A stretch of 47,745 bases of DNA from an uncultured Candidatus Peribacteria bacterium (GTDB lineage Bacteria; Patescibacteriota; Gracilibacteria; UBA4473): contig CAYXXA010000002.1 in NCBI GenBank assembly GCA_964468965.1, positions 1-47,745 on the forward strand, written 5' to 3'. Shown in pieces: positions 35,321 to 45,250 of this stretch. The first letter of the stretch is position 1; every line of letters begins with the position of its first letter. The notes beneath the pieces are model-generated. The model did not search any database and had not been told where the DNA came from. It saw only the letters and a program-made list of their open reading frames with translations. The position numbers were made by a program, and so were the translations under genes.

Positions 35321-37005
35321 CAGTTTAAGCGTACTCGAATATCTATCAATTTCAATTGAAGCCGTTTTTGTCCCTGCCAAAAATTTTCAGAAAGGTTGAA
35401 ACTCACATCATAGTAATTTCCAATCTTTAACTTCTGAGCATACTTACCAATAAAAAAGCCAACTAATTCAAAGGATTTCCTTTCACTCGTTACGGTTAAC
35501 TTGAGGTGATCATTTTCTTTACCGAGTGTTTTTACATTCACTAACTTAACCTTCTTCAATACAAAGTTTGGATTGGGGTTTCCCATACCAAAAGGACCAA
35601 GAAGATTTAAAAAATCCGTTAGTTCAAAGTTGATAAGTTCGGGAGAAAGATAGGCTTCAACAGGGATTAAAATCGTTTTTGGTTCGACTTTATCATAGTA
35701 GTCTTGAAGCTGTTTTTTTATTATGGGAAGGTTTTTCTTTTTGGCCTGAAATCCTCCAGCACCTCTGTGTCCACCAAATCCTTCAAAAAGTTTAACATCA
35801 CAGGCTTTCATTCCATCAATAATAGAAAACCCGTCAGGAGCTCGGGCACTAAAATTAACCATTCCATTTTTCTGTTCAGCACCAGCAAAAATAGGCTGAT
35901 TTAGCTTTTCCGATAATGCCGATCCCATAAGCCCCAGAATACCGATTGTCCAGTCCTTGTCATGAATAAATTGACAAGAAACATTTTTTTCAATCTTCGG
36001 TTGTGCTTGGTCGATGTGTTTTTTCGTCAGTGTACGACGTTCATTGTTTAGCTTTTCCAAGTAAGTGAGACGTTCGTAATTTCGACTTGGATTTCCAAGA
36101 AACAGTTCAGAAGCCTTTAAAACATCTCCGAGTCTTGAGGCCGCATTGATCTTTGGGGCAATATAAAACCCCACTGTTTCCGCATCAATATTACTGGGAT
36201 CAATACCATTTCGTTCGAGTAGTTTAGCCAGTCCAGACCAACTGGTTTCTTTTATCTTTTGAAGTCCAAAATGTGTTATGATCCGTGTTTCTCCCGTTAA
36301 CGGCATACAATCGCCAATCAGACCGATAGCGGCAATCTCTAGATAAGGGGTTAGAAAATCACTTAATTCGTTTGGATTGTTAATTTGTTCTTGGGCGAGG
36401 GCGGTAATAATCTTAAAAGCAATGCCTGCTCCAGAAAGTACCGTTTCAGGGTAATCACAGTGGTTATTGTGAGGGTTAAGCACGGAGAGAGCCTGGTTTG
36501 GGAAATTCTCTGGTTCTGGGTGATGGTGATCGGAAATGATAACATCCATCCCAAGTGAAACAGCATGATCAACCTGAGCTTTATCATTGATTCCACAGTC
36601 ACAAGAAATTATCAGGCTAACCTCTTTGGTTGCGATTTCGTCGAGAATATAGGTTTTAAGCCCATGCCCATCCGTATTTCGTTCGGGGATTCTATAAGAA
36701 ACTTTGGCACCAAGTTTTCGCAATCCATCAACCAGTATTACCGTAGAAGTCACGCCATCAGCATCAAAATCGCCATAAACCATTATCTTTTCCTCATTCT
36801 CGATAGCGGCCAAAATACGTTTTACCGCTTTATCCATAGAGTGCATGAGATAGGGGTCATGCAATTTTGAGAGTTTTGGATTAAGAAAGTCACTGATTTG
36901 TTCGTGAGTTTCAAGCTTTCGATTTTTAAGTAAAAGAGCCATAAGATCCTCAGTATTTTTAACTAATGGGGCCTTTTTCCACGCTCTTCCTGAAAAAGTT
37001 TTCAT
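35320..37005 (-). CDS. recJ: Single-stranded-DNA-specific exonuclease RecJ
   Basis: DHH-family motifs YGDFDADGVTS, DCG, ISDHH, and DHHA1 GGHRGAGG. Confidence 0.9.
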   Translation of the reverse strand: MKTFSGRAWKKAPLVKNTEDLMALLLKNRKLETHEQISDFLNPKLSKLHDPYLMHSMDKAVKRILAAIENEEKIMVYGDFDADGVTSTVILVDGLRKLGAKVSYRIPERNTDGHGLKTYILDEIATKEVSLIISCDCGINDKAQVDHAVSLGMDVIISDHHHPEPENFPNQALSVLNPHNNHCDYPETVLSGAGIAFKIITALAQEQINNPNELSDFLTPYLEIAAIGLIGDCMPLTGETRIITHFGLQKIKETSWSGLAKLLERNGIDPSNIDAETVGFYIAPKINAASRLGDVLKASELFLGNPSRNYERLTYLEKLNNERRTLTKKHIDQAQPKIEKNVSCQFIHDKDWTIGILGLMGSALSEKLNQPIFAGAEQKNGMVNFSARAPDGFSIIDGMKACDVKLFEGFGGHRGAGGFQAKKKNLPIIKKQLQDYYDKVEPKTILIPVEAYLSPELINFELTDFLNLLGPFGMGNPNPNFVLKKVKLVNVKTLGKENDHLKLTVTSERKSFELVGFFIGKYAQKLKIGNYYDVSFNLSENFWQGQKRLQLKLIDIRVRLN

Positions 37006-37153
37006 AGGCTGAGTTTAGGGTTTTCCGTCAAAGAACTCAAAGGTTTTAGCCCGGTTTTATATACTAGTTTTTTGGATATCAGTGAACAATCTTTTATCAA
37101 CGTAAGAAACAGATTTTCAATTTACTTTTTTCTTTTAAAATGGCATATTACTG

Positions 37154-38239
37154 ATGATGCATAATACCTTTGGTTCTTTTTTTCGAATTACAAGTGCGGG
37201 AGAGAGTCATGGACAGGCTAATGTCGTGATCATTGATAATTGTCCGCCAAATATTGAATTGACCGAATCAGATATTCAGACAGATTTGGACCGACGAAAA
37301 CCAGGGCAATCAGAGATTACCACACCTCGAAAAGAAAGTGATAAGTGTGAGATTTTATCAGGGGTTTTCGAAGGAAAGACAACGGGAACAGCCTTAGCGG
37401 TGATTGTCCGAAATGAAAATCAGCGATCGCAAGATTATGGAAACATTAAAGATATTTTTCGCCCCTCTCATGCGGATTTTGGATATTTTTCTAAATACGG
37501 AATACGTGATTATCGAGGTGGCGGTCGGAGTTCCGCTCGTGAGACAATTGCTCGTGTGATAGGAGGTGCTGTGGCTAAGAAAGTTTTAAAACAAAAATAC
37601 CCAAACCTTGAAATTTATGGATTTACTCGGTCGGTGGGAAAAGATTTTTTTGAAACCGTCGACAAAGACTATATTGAAGAAAACCCTTTAAGAATGGCTT
37701 CTAAAGAAGATTTTGCAAATATATTGCAAAAGGTGGAATCAGCTCGAGACAGTGGTGATTCTCTCGGTGGAACGATTGAAGTTCGAGTGGAAAACCCTCC
37801 TGTGGGACTGGGAATGCCGGTTTTTGGAAAGTTGGAAGCTGAACTTGCAAAAGCAATGATGTCGGTTCCTGCGGTAAAGGGGTTTGAAGTTGGAGAAGGC
37901 TTTGGACTTTGCGAAAAACTTGGTAGCGAGGCGAATGACAGCTTTGTTGCAAATAGTTCGCAAAATGAAATTCATACCAAACGAAATGCCAATGGTGGTA
38001 TTTTGGGCGGAATTTCCACGGGAGATGATATTTGGTTTCGTGTTGGGATTAAGCCGACTTCTTCAATCTCACTTCCTCAAAAATCAGTCAATAAAAAAGG
38101 GGAATCTGTTGATTTAGTCGTTACGGGACGACATGACCCGATTTTATTACCACGAGCAATCCCCATCTTGGAAGCGATGACAGCACTCGTTTTACTCGAT
38201 CACGTGATGATGGATCAGGGGCAAAATAAATTATTTTAG
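37154..38239 (+). CDS. aroC: Chorismate synthase
   Basis: FRITSAGESHG, RPGQSE, RGGGRSSARET and GRHDP signature motifs. Confidence 0.95.
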   Translation: MMHNTFGSFFRITSAGESHGQANVVIIDNCPPNIELTESDIQTDLDRRKPGQSEITTPRKESDKCEILSGVFEGKTTGTALAVIVRNENQRSQDYGNIKDIFRPSHADFGYFSKYGIRDYRGGGRSSARETIARVIGGAVAKKVLKQKYPNLEIYGFTRSVGKDFFETVDKDYIEENPLRMASKEDFANILQKVESARDSGDSLGGTIEVRVENPPVGLGMPVFGKLEAELAKAMMSVPAVKGFEVGEGFGLCEKLGSEANDSFVANSSQNEIHTKRNANGGILGGISTGDDIWFRVGIKPTSSISLPQKSVNKKGESVDLVVTGRHDPILLPRAIPILEAMTALVLLDHVMMDQGQNKLF

Positions 38240-38248
38240 AACAAGAAA

Positions 38249-39676
38249 ATGCAAAAAATGTACCTCACGACTCCGATCTATTACGTAAACGATATTCCGC
38301 ATATTGGGCACGCCTATAACATTCTAGCCACTGATACACTCGCTCGATACTGGAGAGAGAAACTCGGACGAGAAAATGTTTTTTTTCTCACGGGAACCGA
38401 TGAAAATTCTCAAAAGACCGTTGATGCGGCTGCCGATCGGGAACAAGAAATTTATGAGTACCTAGAAGAAATGTCGGCTAATTGGAAAAATACTTGGGAA
38501 AAAATAGGAATTGACTTTGATGATTTTATTCGGACGACGGAGGAACGACATATCAAAACGGTACATGAAATTTTCAATACTATCTATAATAAAGGGGATA
38601 TCTATAAAGGCGAATATAAAGGGCTTTATTGTACGGGCTGTGAAACTTTTCTTAAAGAAGCAGATCTTGACGAAAATGGATACTGCCCAGATCATAAAAA
38701 AGCCCCTCAAACCCTGGCTGAAGAAAATTATTTTTTTCGACTTTCCGCTTATGAAGATCAACTATTAGAACTTTTTGCCAACGATTTACTCATGCCTGAA
38801 AAACGAAGGAATGAAATGGTCAGCTTTATTAAAGGTGGGCTGGAGGATATTTCTATTTCACGAGAAAGTGCGGAATTTGGAATTGAACTCCCTATGGATA
38901 AATCTCATAAAGTGTATGTATGGTTTGACGCTCTGATTAATTATTACTCAGCAATTAAGCAGGATGGACGAGCCGATTTTTGGAACGTTGTAACCCATAT
39001 TATCGGAAAGGATATCACAAAATTTCATACCGTTATCTGGCCTGCGATGCTTTTAGCTGCAGATATAAAACCACCAAAATCGGTTTTTGCCCACGGTTTT
39101 TTCACGATTGACGGAACAAAGATGTCAAAAAGTTTAGGCAATGTTGTTAACCCGCTCGATCTTTCTAAAAAATTTGGGAACGATGCGCTTCGAGCTGGAT
39201 TACTTTCGAGTTTTGAGTTTGGAAACGATGGAGACTTTGCGGTACGAAACTTCGAAGAATTTTATCGAACGAAGCTTGCTGGTGGCGTTGGGAACCTCTT
39301 TAACCGAGTAATAATTTTAGTTCATAAGTTTCTAAATGGAGTAAAGCCCGTTAACAATGAATCATTAGCCACAGACCATGAACTAAAAAAATTTAATAAA
39401 CTATTAGAAGATAAGAAGTTGAAGGCCTCGATTGATTTATTTTTTGGTGTTGTTGATTCCGCAAACGAGTTGATGAACGAAACGGAAGTTTGGAAAATGG
39501 CAAAATATGATACCGATAAGGCTAGTGAAGTTTTTGCACAATTATTGCAAAAACTCGAAATACTGACAGAAATGGCAAAAGTCGTTTTACCAGAAACCCA
39601 CCCAAAAATGAAAAAAATGCTTGGAGAGGATACAACACTAGGGCAAGCAGAAATTTTGTTTGCCCGAATAGAGTAG
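38249..39676 (+). CDS. metG: Methionyl-tRNA synthetase (short form without a C-terminal dimerisation domain)
   Basis: HIGH motif PHIGHAY, zinc knuckle CTGCETF...CPDH, and KMSKS. Confidence 0.95.
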   Translation: MQKMYLTTPIYYVNDIPHIGHAYNILATDTLARYWREKLGRENVFFLTGTDENSQKTVDAAADREQEIYEYLEEMSANWKNTWEKIGIDFDDFIRTTEERHIKTVHEIFNTIYNKGDIYKGEYKGLYCTGCETFLKEADLDENGYCPDHKKAPQTLAEENYFFRLSAYEDQLLELFANDLLMPEKRRNEMVSFIKGGLEDISISRESAEFGIELPMDKSHKVYVWFDALINYYSAIKQDGRADFWNVVTHIIGKDITKFHTVIWPAMLLAADIKPPKSVFAHGFFTIDGTKMSKSLGNVVNPLDLSKKFGNDALRAGLLSSFEFGNDGDFAVRNFEEFYRTKLAGGVGNLFNRVIILVHKFLNGVKPVNNESLATDHELKKFNKLLEDKKLKASIDLFFGVVDSANELMNETEVWKMAKYDTDKASEVFAQLLQKLEILTEMAKVVLPETHPKMKKMLGEDTTLGQAEILFARIE

Positions 39677-39803
39677 GTTTTAATGATCGTATCCCGTATT
39701 TTGTAGAGTAATTCATAAAAAACAAGCTCAGAAATGAGGCTTCTTTGAGTATTTTTTATAATGAAACACTCTTTTCTCTTCGAGAAGGTCTGTTGAAAAA
39801 AGC

Positions 39804-39940
39804 TAAAAAATATAGTTTTGAATTTTTACTTAATTTATGGTATAATGATCCGATAATAAAAAAGTAACATGAAAGTTTTATCAAATCAATCTCGGGTGTC
39901 TTTTTCTCAAGACAATGAAAAACTAGGGAAATTTTTGTTT
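39804..39940 (+). repeat. Copy 1 of a 137-bp direct repeat (promoter + 5' UTR + first 24 codons)
   Basis: It matches 40486-40622 at a constant offset of 682 bp with 2 mismatches (39840 G/A, 39937 G/A). I compared the two copies base by base. Confidence 0.9.
39818..39846 (+). promoter_or_regulatory. Sigma-70-type promoter (TTGAAT-17-TATAAT with an upstream TG)
   Basis: -35 TTGAAT at 39818-39823, an exact 17-nt spacer, -10 TATAAT at 39841-39846 preceded by TGG. It lies 22 nt upstream of the ATG. Confidence 0.5.
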
Positions 39941-40423
39941 AAACATGAAACAGTTGACTGTTCTCCTGATCAAACTCAAGATACAGAAAAAGCACGCGAA
40001 ATAACTAATTCAAGAGAGTTTTTAGATACATATAACACTTTTACGATTCTAGAACTCTTATCTGAAGAGAAAAATGATGCAACCTTTGACGAAAACGGAG
40101 AAAGTGGTGAGTTATCTTTTAGTATTCATAAAAATATCACAAATGAGGCAGACGGTCGCAAGAAAACAACCTTTACCCTTGAGAATATAAAAGGTTATAA
40201 ATATGTTACCGTAAATGGTGTAAAGAAAAAAGCGATGTTAAACTTTCATACGCTTGTTGCTTCCTCTATTACTACCCCTATAAATGATGGGACGAATGAT
40301 TTTGATAGACTATTTACAGAATATAAATTCGAGAAACCTGAAGATCAAGAATCCCTTATTTTTCTACTTGGATTTGCCTCTCTGCTAAAAAAAGAGTCTA
40401 ATCAGGAGTCTAGTGGTGAGTAA
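39869..40423 (+). CDS. Hypothetical acidic protein (184 aa) with a shared 24-aa N-terminal module
   Basis: The ORF has its own consensus promoter. N-terminus MKVLSNQSRVSFSQDNEKLGKFLF is identical to the downstream paralogue. No family recognised. Confidence 0.5.
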   Translation: MKVLSNQSRVSFSQDNEKLGKFLFKHETVDCSPDQTQDTEKAREITNSREFLDTYNTFTILELLSEEKNDATFDENGESGELSFSIHKNITNEADGRKKTTFTLENIKGYKYVTVNGVKKKAMLNFHTLVASSITTPINDGTNDFDRLFTEYKFEKPEDQESLIFLLGFASLLKKESNQESSGE

Positions 40424-40485
40424 TTAGTTTTTTCCAAACTTATTCTAACTCCTTTTTTTGTTCGGTTATATTCTAGAATTTATAA

Positions 40486-40622
40486 TAAAAAATATAGTTT
40501 TGAATTTTTACTTAATTTATGATATAATGATCCGATAATAAAAAAGTAACATGAAAGTTTTATCAAATCAATCTCGGGTGTCTTTTTCTCAAGACAATGA
40601 AAAACTAGGGAAATTTTTATTT
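40486..40622 (+). repeat. Copy 2 of the 137-bp direct repeat
   Basis: See copy 1. It is identical except at 40522 and 40619. Confidence 0.9.
40500..40528 (+). promoter_or_regulatory. Sigma-70-type promoter (TTGAAT-17-TATAAT), duplicate copy
   Basis: Same hexamers and spacing as the promoter at 39818-39846. The extended -10 reads TGATATAAT. Confidence 0.5.
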
Positions 40623-41096
40623 GGTTTAAGTAGAATCCCTGAGTGTGATTCAGGGGAAAACAAAGGTAGTGAAAAATGCGAAAAGAATGAGGAAAAACAG
40701 ACAATCCGTGAATTAGGTTCAAAATTACAAGAAGAACTGAGTACCAAGATGGCAGAGAAAACTCTTGAAAAAATTCGAGAACCAAATAGTAGATACTTTG
40801 AAGAAATGCCTCATGAAGAATTTGTGAATCTTGCTAACTATGTGGGTGAAAAAATAGGAGCTAGGGGACAAATTCAATTTATAACCATAAACAACGATAG
40901 GGGGAAAACAATGAATATAACTTTTAAAAGTGGTGGACACCTAGAAATAAATTTGGATGAGGGAACTGTTTTTGAGAGTGGCGTTGCTGATATAATGGAT
41001 ACTCGATTTGCACCAGATATTACACTTCCATTTAACTCACCAATCGTTCAAAAAGTTATAACAGAGGGGGGGCAACTTTCTGATTATACTGAATAG
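40551..41096 (+). CDS. Hypothetical acidic protein (181 aa) with a shared 24-aa N-terminal module
   Basis: The first 24 residues are identical to the 39869 gene. The remainder is unrelated by eye. A clean terminator follows. Confidence 0.5.
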   Translation: MKVLSNQSRVSFSQDNEKLGKFLFGLSRIPECDSGENKGSEKCEKNEEKQTIRELGSKLQEELSTKMAEKTLEKIREPNSRYFEEMPHEEFVNLANYVGEKIGARGQIQFITINNDRGKTMNITFKSGGHLEINLDEGTVFESGVADIMDTRFAPDITLPFNSPIVQKVITEGGQLSDYTE

Positions 41097-41131
41097 AACT
41101 TTAGAATACTAAAGCAACAAGGCATACTTTT

Positions 41132-41158
41132 AAAAAACCACCTTTATGGTGGTTTTTT
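41132..41158 (+). terminator. Rho-independent terminator
   Basis: AAAAAACCACC-TTTA-TGGTGGTTTTTT: a GC-containing stem, a 4-nt loop and a T-tract, 36 nt after the stop at 41096. Confidence 0.7.
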
Positions 41159-41173
41159 GCTATTTTCGGTAAA

Positions 41174-41250
41174 TGGTGGGCATGCCAAGACTTGAACTTG
41201 GGACCTCGTCCTTATCAGAGACGCGCTCTAACCAGCTGAGCTACACGCCC
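41174..41250 (-). tRNA. tRNA-Ile (anticodon GAU), CCA encoded
   Basis: Cloverleaf: acceptor GGGCGTG/CATGCCC, anticodon stem CGTCT/GGACG, loop CTGATAA, T-arm CCAAG-TTCAAGT-CTTGG. Confidence 0.9.
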
Positions 41251-41321
41251 GATCGATCCGAAAAGCCAATCGATTGTAGAAAAAAATAGTGGACTGTCAA
41301 AAATTTATCTTTTAATTTCAG

Positions 41322-41343
41322 AAAAAGCAGTCACGTGACCGCT
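41322..41343 (-). terminator. Probable rho-independent terminator of tkt
   Basis: On the minus strand AGCGGTC-ACGT-GACTGCT is followed by TTTTT, 10 nt after the tkt stop. Confidence 0.55.
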
Positions 41344-41352
41344 TCTACAATT

Positions 41353-43257
41353 TTAAAGATTTTTTAAAACTTCCCCAATCGCTCCACTCCCTACACCCGC
41401 TAGCTCATACAACTCCGCAGGGGTTCCAGAGAGTTGATATTCTTTTGGAGAAATATCAATAAATTTATCAAGAACAATTTCATTTTCTGCGGCAAACATG
41501 GCAACTTGTGAGGCAAATCCAGAAAGTCCGTTGTGATCTTCTACCACGATTACTTTTCTAGTTTTTTGAAGTGATTTTTTGAGGTTATCATCAAATTTCT
41601 TTGGACTGGAAACGATCACAATTTCGGCATCAACCTTTGTCAATTCAACGGCAGTCATAGCTTCAGCGATCATCGGTCCACTGGCAACGATAGTAACAGC
41701 ATTTCCTTCTTGGAGTACTGTTGTTTCCCCATAAGTATATTCATAATTTTTATCATAGAGTGCGGTTCCATCTGGTTTTGTCAAAACAGGAAGGGCATGT
41801 CGTCCCATTCGGACATAAAAGTTTCCATAATGACTTGCCACGTATCGAATAATTCGATCACAGTGGTTGGCATCAGCTGGCTCGATTATATGTGTATTAA
41901 ACATTCCCATAAAGGATCCCATATCATCAATAGCTTGATGGGTTGGGCCATCTTCACCAACAGAAAGTCCACAGTGTGTTGAAACCATTTTGACATTAAC
42001 CTGATTGACGTCATTAAGTCGAGCTTGATCTTTCGCTCGACTACTCATAAAAGCTCCAAACGTAGAAACAAAGGGAATAAATTGATTAACCGAAAGCCCA
42101 CCAGCAACAGAAACCATATTCTGCTCGCAAATTCCAAACTCAATATGTTGTTTTGGTAATTCCGCCGCTACAAATTTAGTCATGACGGATCCACCAACAT
42201 CAGCGGTTCCTGCAATGATATTTTCATTATTTTTTGCAAGGTCCAACAAGGCTTTTCCATAAGCGCCTCGGCAGGCTGATTTTGTTCCTACTTCGTAAAG
42301 AATAGGGCTTCCCGTATTGATACTAGGATCTTTGGTTAGATTCTTGATAAAGGTACTAGGCATTGGATTGTAACTTCTTTCAGCACGAAATGCTTCCAAA
42401 ATCGTTAATTCTTCATTGCTTATTGTTAATTGAGGCAATGACAGCTGTTCCTCTATTTGATTTGGCTTTGGGGCTTGTCCATGCCAGGTTGGAATATGGT
42501 TTTCGCCATCAGCTTGCATCATTGGAACGCCGTTTCCCATGATCGTATTTCCTAAAATTAATACAGGTTTATCTGATTGGTGATTTATCGCCTTCCATAG
42601 TGCCTCGTGATCGTGCCCATTGATGTCCAAAACCTCCCAATCATGAGCTTGAAAAAAAGCTTTGATATTCGTTGGCATGGTTTCGTCTAGACTATGAGTA
42701 AGCTGTACAGCATTGTAATCACAAAAAACCGTAAAATTATTGAGTTTCATTTTATTGGCAAAAAGTGCCATTTCATGGACTTGTCCTTCCTGAACTTCCC
42801 CATCTCCGATACAGGCAAAAACCTTTTTATCCGAAGTTTTTAGTTTTTCTGAATAGGCAAACCCAGCTGCGACAGAAACTCCTGCTCCCAATGGACCGGT
42901 TCCAAAAGGAATCCCTGGAATATGTCGCGTTACATGTCCTTCGAATTTTGAACCTTTTTGTCGGAAAGTTTTGATTACTTCTTCTCTATCAATCACTCCC
43001 ATTTCTGCCAATACGGCATAAACTCCTGGAGAAATATGTCCATTGGAAACAATACAGTCTTCGTTGGTTTTAGAAATTCGAAAAGCGTAAAGGGTCGCTA
43101 AAAAATCTAGACAAGAGAGTGAACCTCCAGGGTGTCCAGATTGTGATGTCTTGAGCATTTCAAGTATCGTTCTTCGACAACTTTTAGTAAAAGTTTGTAG
43201 AAATTTAGAACGTTCAGCACCGAGTTTGTCATTGGGTTTTGGGAAAGAGTAGTCCAT
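41353..43257 (-). CDS. tkt: Transketolase (single chain resembling fused N- and C-terminal split-type subunits)
   Basis: GHPGGSLS (ThDP binding), GDGEVQEGQVHEMALFA, and the central Pyr domain ...YGKALLDLAKNN...EFGICEQNM. Confidence 0.9.
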   Translation of the reverse strand: MDYSFPKPNDKLGAERSKFLQTFTKSCRRTILEMLKTSQSGHPGGSLSCLDFLATLYAFRISKTNEDCIVSNGHISPGVYAVLAEMGVIDREEVIKTFRQKGSKFEGHVTRHIPGIPFGTGPLGAGVSVAAGFAYSEKLKTSDKKVFACIGDGEVQEGQVHEMALFANKMKLNNFTVFCDYNAVQLTHSLDETMPTNIKAFFQAHDWEVLDINGHDHEALWKAINHQSDKPVLILGNTIMGNGVPMMQADGENHIPTWHGQAPKPNQIEEQLSLPQLTISNEELTILEAFRAERSYNPMPSTFIKNLTKDPSINTGSPILYEVGTKSACRGAYGKALLDLAKNNENIIAGTADVGGSVMTKFVAAELPKQHIEFGICEQNMVSVAGGLSVNQFIPFVSTFGAFMSSRAKDQARLNDVNQVNVKMVSTHCGLSVGEDGPTHQAIDDMGSFMGMFNTHIIEPADANHCDRIIRYVASHYGNFYVRMGRHALPVLTKPDGTALYDKNYEYTYGETTVLQEGNAVTIVASGPMIAEAMTAVELTKVDAEIVIVSSPKKFDDNLKKSLQKTRKVIVVEDHNGLSGFASQVAMFAAENEIVLDKFIDISPKEYQLSGTPAELYELAGVGSGAIGEVLKNL

Positions 43258-43384
43258 TTTTTGGGTTTAATTTAGGTTCAAAAGTATTCTAATTTTTTGT
43301 GAAAGAAAGGCAATTGGGTTGTGTGATTTGGGTTACGATTGGGAGATTGTCATATACTAACAAATTAAACTTCTTGACTCTTAT

Positions 43385-45145
43385 TTATTTCACTGTCACG
43401 CTCTTTGCTAAATTTCTCGGCATATCGGGATCAAGTCCTCGAAGAAGGGCGAGGTGATAAGACAAAATCTGAATAGGAATAAGGGCAGAAATTGACTGAG
43501 CCTGTTCACAATTGGGAGCCTTCATCCATTCATCAAAAATAGCGTGTTTTTTATCCGCAACACCAATAATAATAGCCCCTCGAGCCTTGAGTTCAGTGGC
43601 GTTTGAAATCGTTTCGGGGTCGTCTCCAAGCACAATACAAGGGGTTCCTTCCTCGATGAGAGCAATAGGTCCATGTTTGATTTCTCCGGCGGCAAAACCC
43701 TGGGCATGAATGTAGGAAACTTCCTGAACCTTTATGGCTGCCTCAAGGGCAATCGGGTAGAGAGCTCCTCGTCCGACAATGAAAAGATTGTCGTGTTGAA
43801 CGATTTTTTCGGCGACATCTTTTATATATTCTTCGTATCGAGGATTAAGCAGGTCATTGATGTTTCCAGCTGTTGTCCGAAGAACCTCTCGTCCTTTATT
43901 AACCGACTCCTCAAAGTTATCAACGCCACTTCCATCGGCATAAGCACACAAAAGCATGAGTGCCATTTGTGCTGTGGTCGCCTTTGTGGAGGCGACGGCT
44001 TTTTCCGGACCGGCCTGAATGGGGAGGTGAACATCAGAAATTCTAGCGATAGAAGAACTTTCGACATTCGTAAGAGAGAGTATTTTTGCGCCAGACTTCT
44101 TCCCCCGTTCCAGTATTTCTAGTACATCAGCCGTTTCACCTGATTGAGAAACCGCAATAAGAGCCGTTTTATCATGGACAAATTTTTCAAAGTAAGGCAT
44201 TTCGGATGCCGCAACAACATTGATCTTCCTCCCTGCAATTTCAGCAAAGAAATATTCAGCTGCCATACAAACTTTGTGAGCCGTTCCACACGCAATAAGA
44301 TACGCGCCATTTGTTTGTCGAAGAGCTTCTACAAATTTTGCAATTTGATGATTTTCATGATTTATCGCTCTGATAATGGTTTCTTTTTGATCGAAAATTT
44401 CTTTAATCATAAAGTGTTTATAGTCGCCTTTGTGGGCTTCTTCGACCTTCCATGAAACTTCAATGTTTCGTTTTTTAACGGATTCTCCGCTATTTAAATC
44501 AAAAAACTTTGCTGTTCCTCCATTGATAAAAACGATTTCATCATCATCGAGATAATTAACCTTATTTGTTTGTTCTAGAAAAGCAGGAATGTCTGAAGCA
44601 ATAAAGGTTTCCTCTTTCCCTCGTCCAATAATTAAAGGTGACCCTCTTCGTGCCGCCCAAATACCAGATTCTCCGTCAATCATGACAAGAATAGAGAATC
44701 GACCTTCTATTTTTTGAGCCACAGTCATGATGGCTGATTTTGGGTCCTTTCCTTTTTCAATTTCATTATTGATTAAAACTGCGATCACTTCGGTATCCGT
44801 TTGAGAGATAAATTCATAGTCTGATTTAGCCTTTTCTTCTTCGTAGTTTTCGAAAATTCCGTTGTGAACTAGCGTTACTTTTCCAACTCGATGAGGATGA
44901 GCATTCTCTTTCGTTACGCCACCATGTGTTGCCCAACGAGTATGGCCTACGGCTTTTTTCCCTTTTGGGAAGTCAATGTTAACGGATGATATTTTCCCTG
45001 TATCTTTCTGAATAACCATGCCCTGGTCAGTTTCAACAGCAATCCCCCAACTATCATATCCACGATATTCAAGCTTTTTTAGTCCTTCAAGCACGACATT
45101 TCCCGCTTGGTTACTCGATCCCGTAATAGCAAAAATCCCACACAT
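43385..45145 (-). CDS. glmS: Glutamine--fructose-6-phosphate aminotransferase
   Basis: N-terminal nucleophile MCGIFA, GHTRWATHG, two SIS domains (VSQSGETADV), and a C-terminal ...NLAKSVTVK. Confidence 0.95.
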   Translation of the reverse strand: MCGIFAITGSSNQAGNVVLEGLKKLEYRGYDSWGIAVETDQGMVIQKDTGKISSVNIDFPKGKKAVGHTRWATHGGVTKENAHPHRVGKVTLVHNGIFENYEEEKAKSDYEFISQTDTEVIAVLINNEIEKGKDPKSAIMTVAQKIEGRFSILVMIDGESGIWAARRGSPLIIGRGKEETFIASDIPAFLEQTNKVNYLDDDEIVFINGGTAKFFDLNSGESVKKRNIEVSWKVEEAHKGDYKHFMIKEIFDQKETIIRAINHENHQIAKFVEALRQTNGAYLIACGTAHKVCMAAEYFFAEIAGRKINVVAASEMPYFEKFVHDKTALIAVSQSGETADVLEILERGKKSGAKILSLTNVESSSIARISDVHLPIQAGPEKAVASTKATTAQMALMLLCAYADGSGVDNFEESVNKGREVLRTTAGNINDLLNPRYEEYIKDVAEKIVQHDNLFIVGRGALYPIALEAAIKVQEVSYIHAQGFAAGEIKHGPIALIEEGTPCIVLGDDPETISNATELKARGAIIIGVADKKHAIFDEWMKAPNCEQAQSISALIPIQILSYHLALLRGLDPDMPRNLAKSVTVK

Positions 45146-45250
45146 TTTTTAAAATTCTAAGTCTTTACCTTGAATATTAAAGATATATATATTTAGATCA
45201 AATTGTCTTGTGGCCTTTTAAATTCTCTCATTTTATGTTATAATACAGTG

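Noticed and set aside
39804-40622. I considered whether the 137-bp repeat pair is a diversity-generating retroelement TR/VR pair. Both mismatches are A in copy 2 and G in copy 1, which superficially resembles adenine-specific mutagenesis.
   Set aside because: There are only two differences, while dozens of shared adenines are unchanged. The repeat covers a promoter and the 5' end of the genes rather than a 3' variable region. No reverse transcriptase or accessory gene is in the window.
43258-43384. Clustered TTGGG(TT) motifs (43314, 43328, 43339 and one near 43260) between glmS and tkt, considered as a possible regulator-binding array.
   Set aside because: The motifs are short, irregularly spaced (about 14 and 11 nt) and not palindromic. 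That is indistinguishable from chance in a 127-bp spacer without comparative data.
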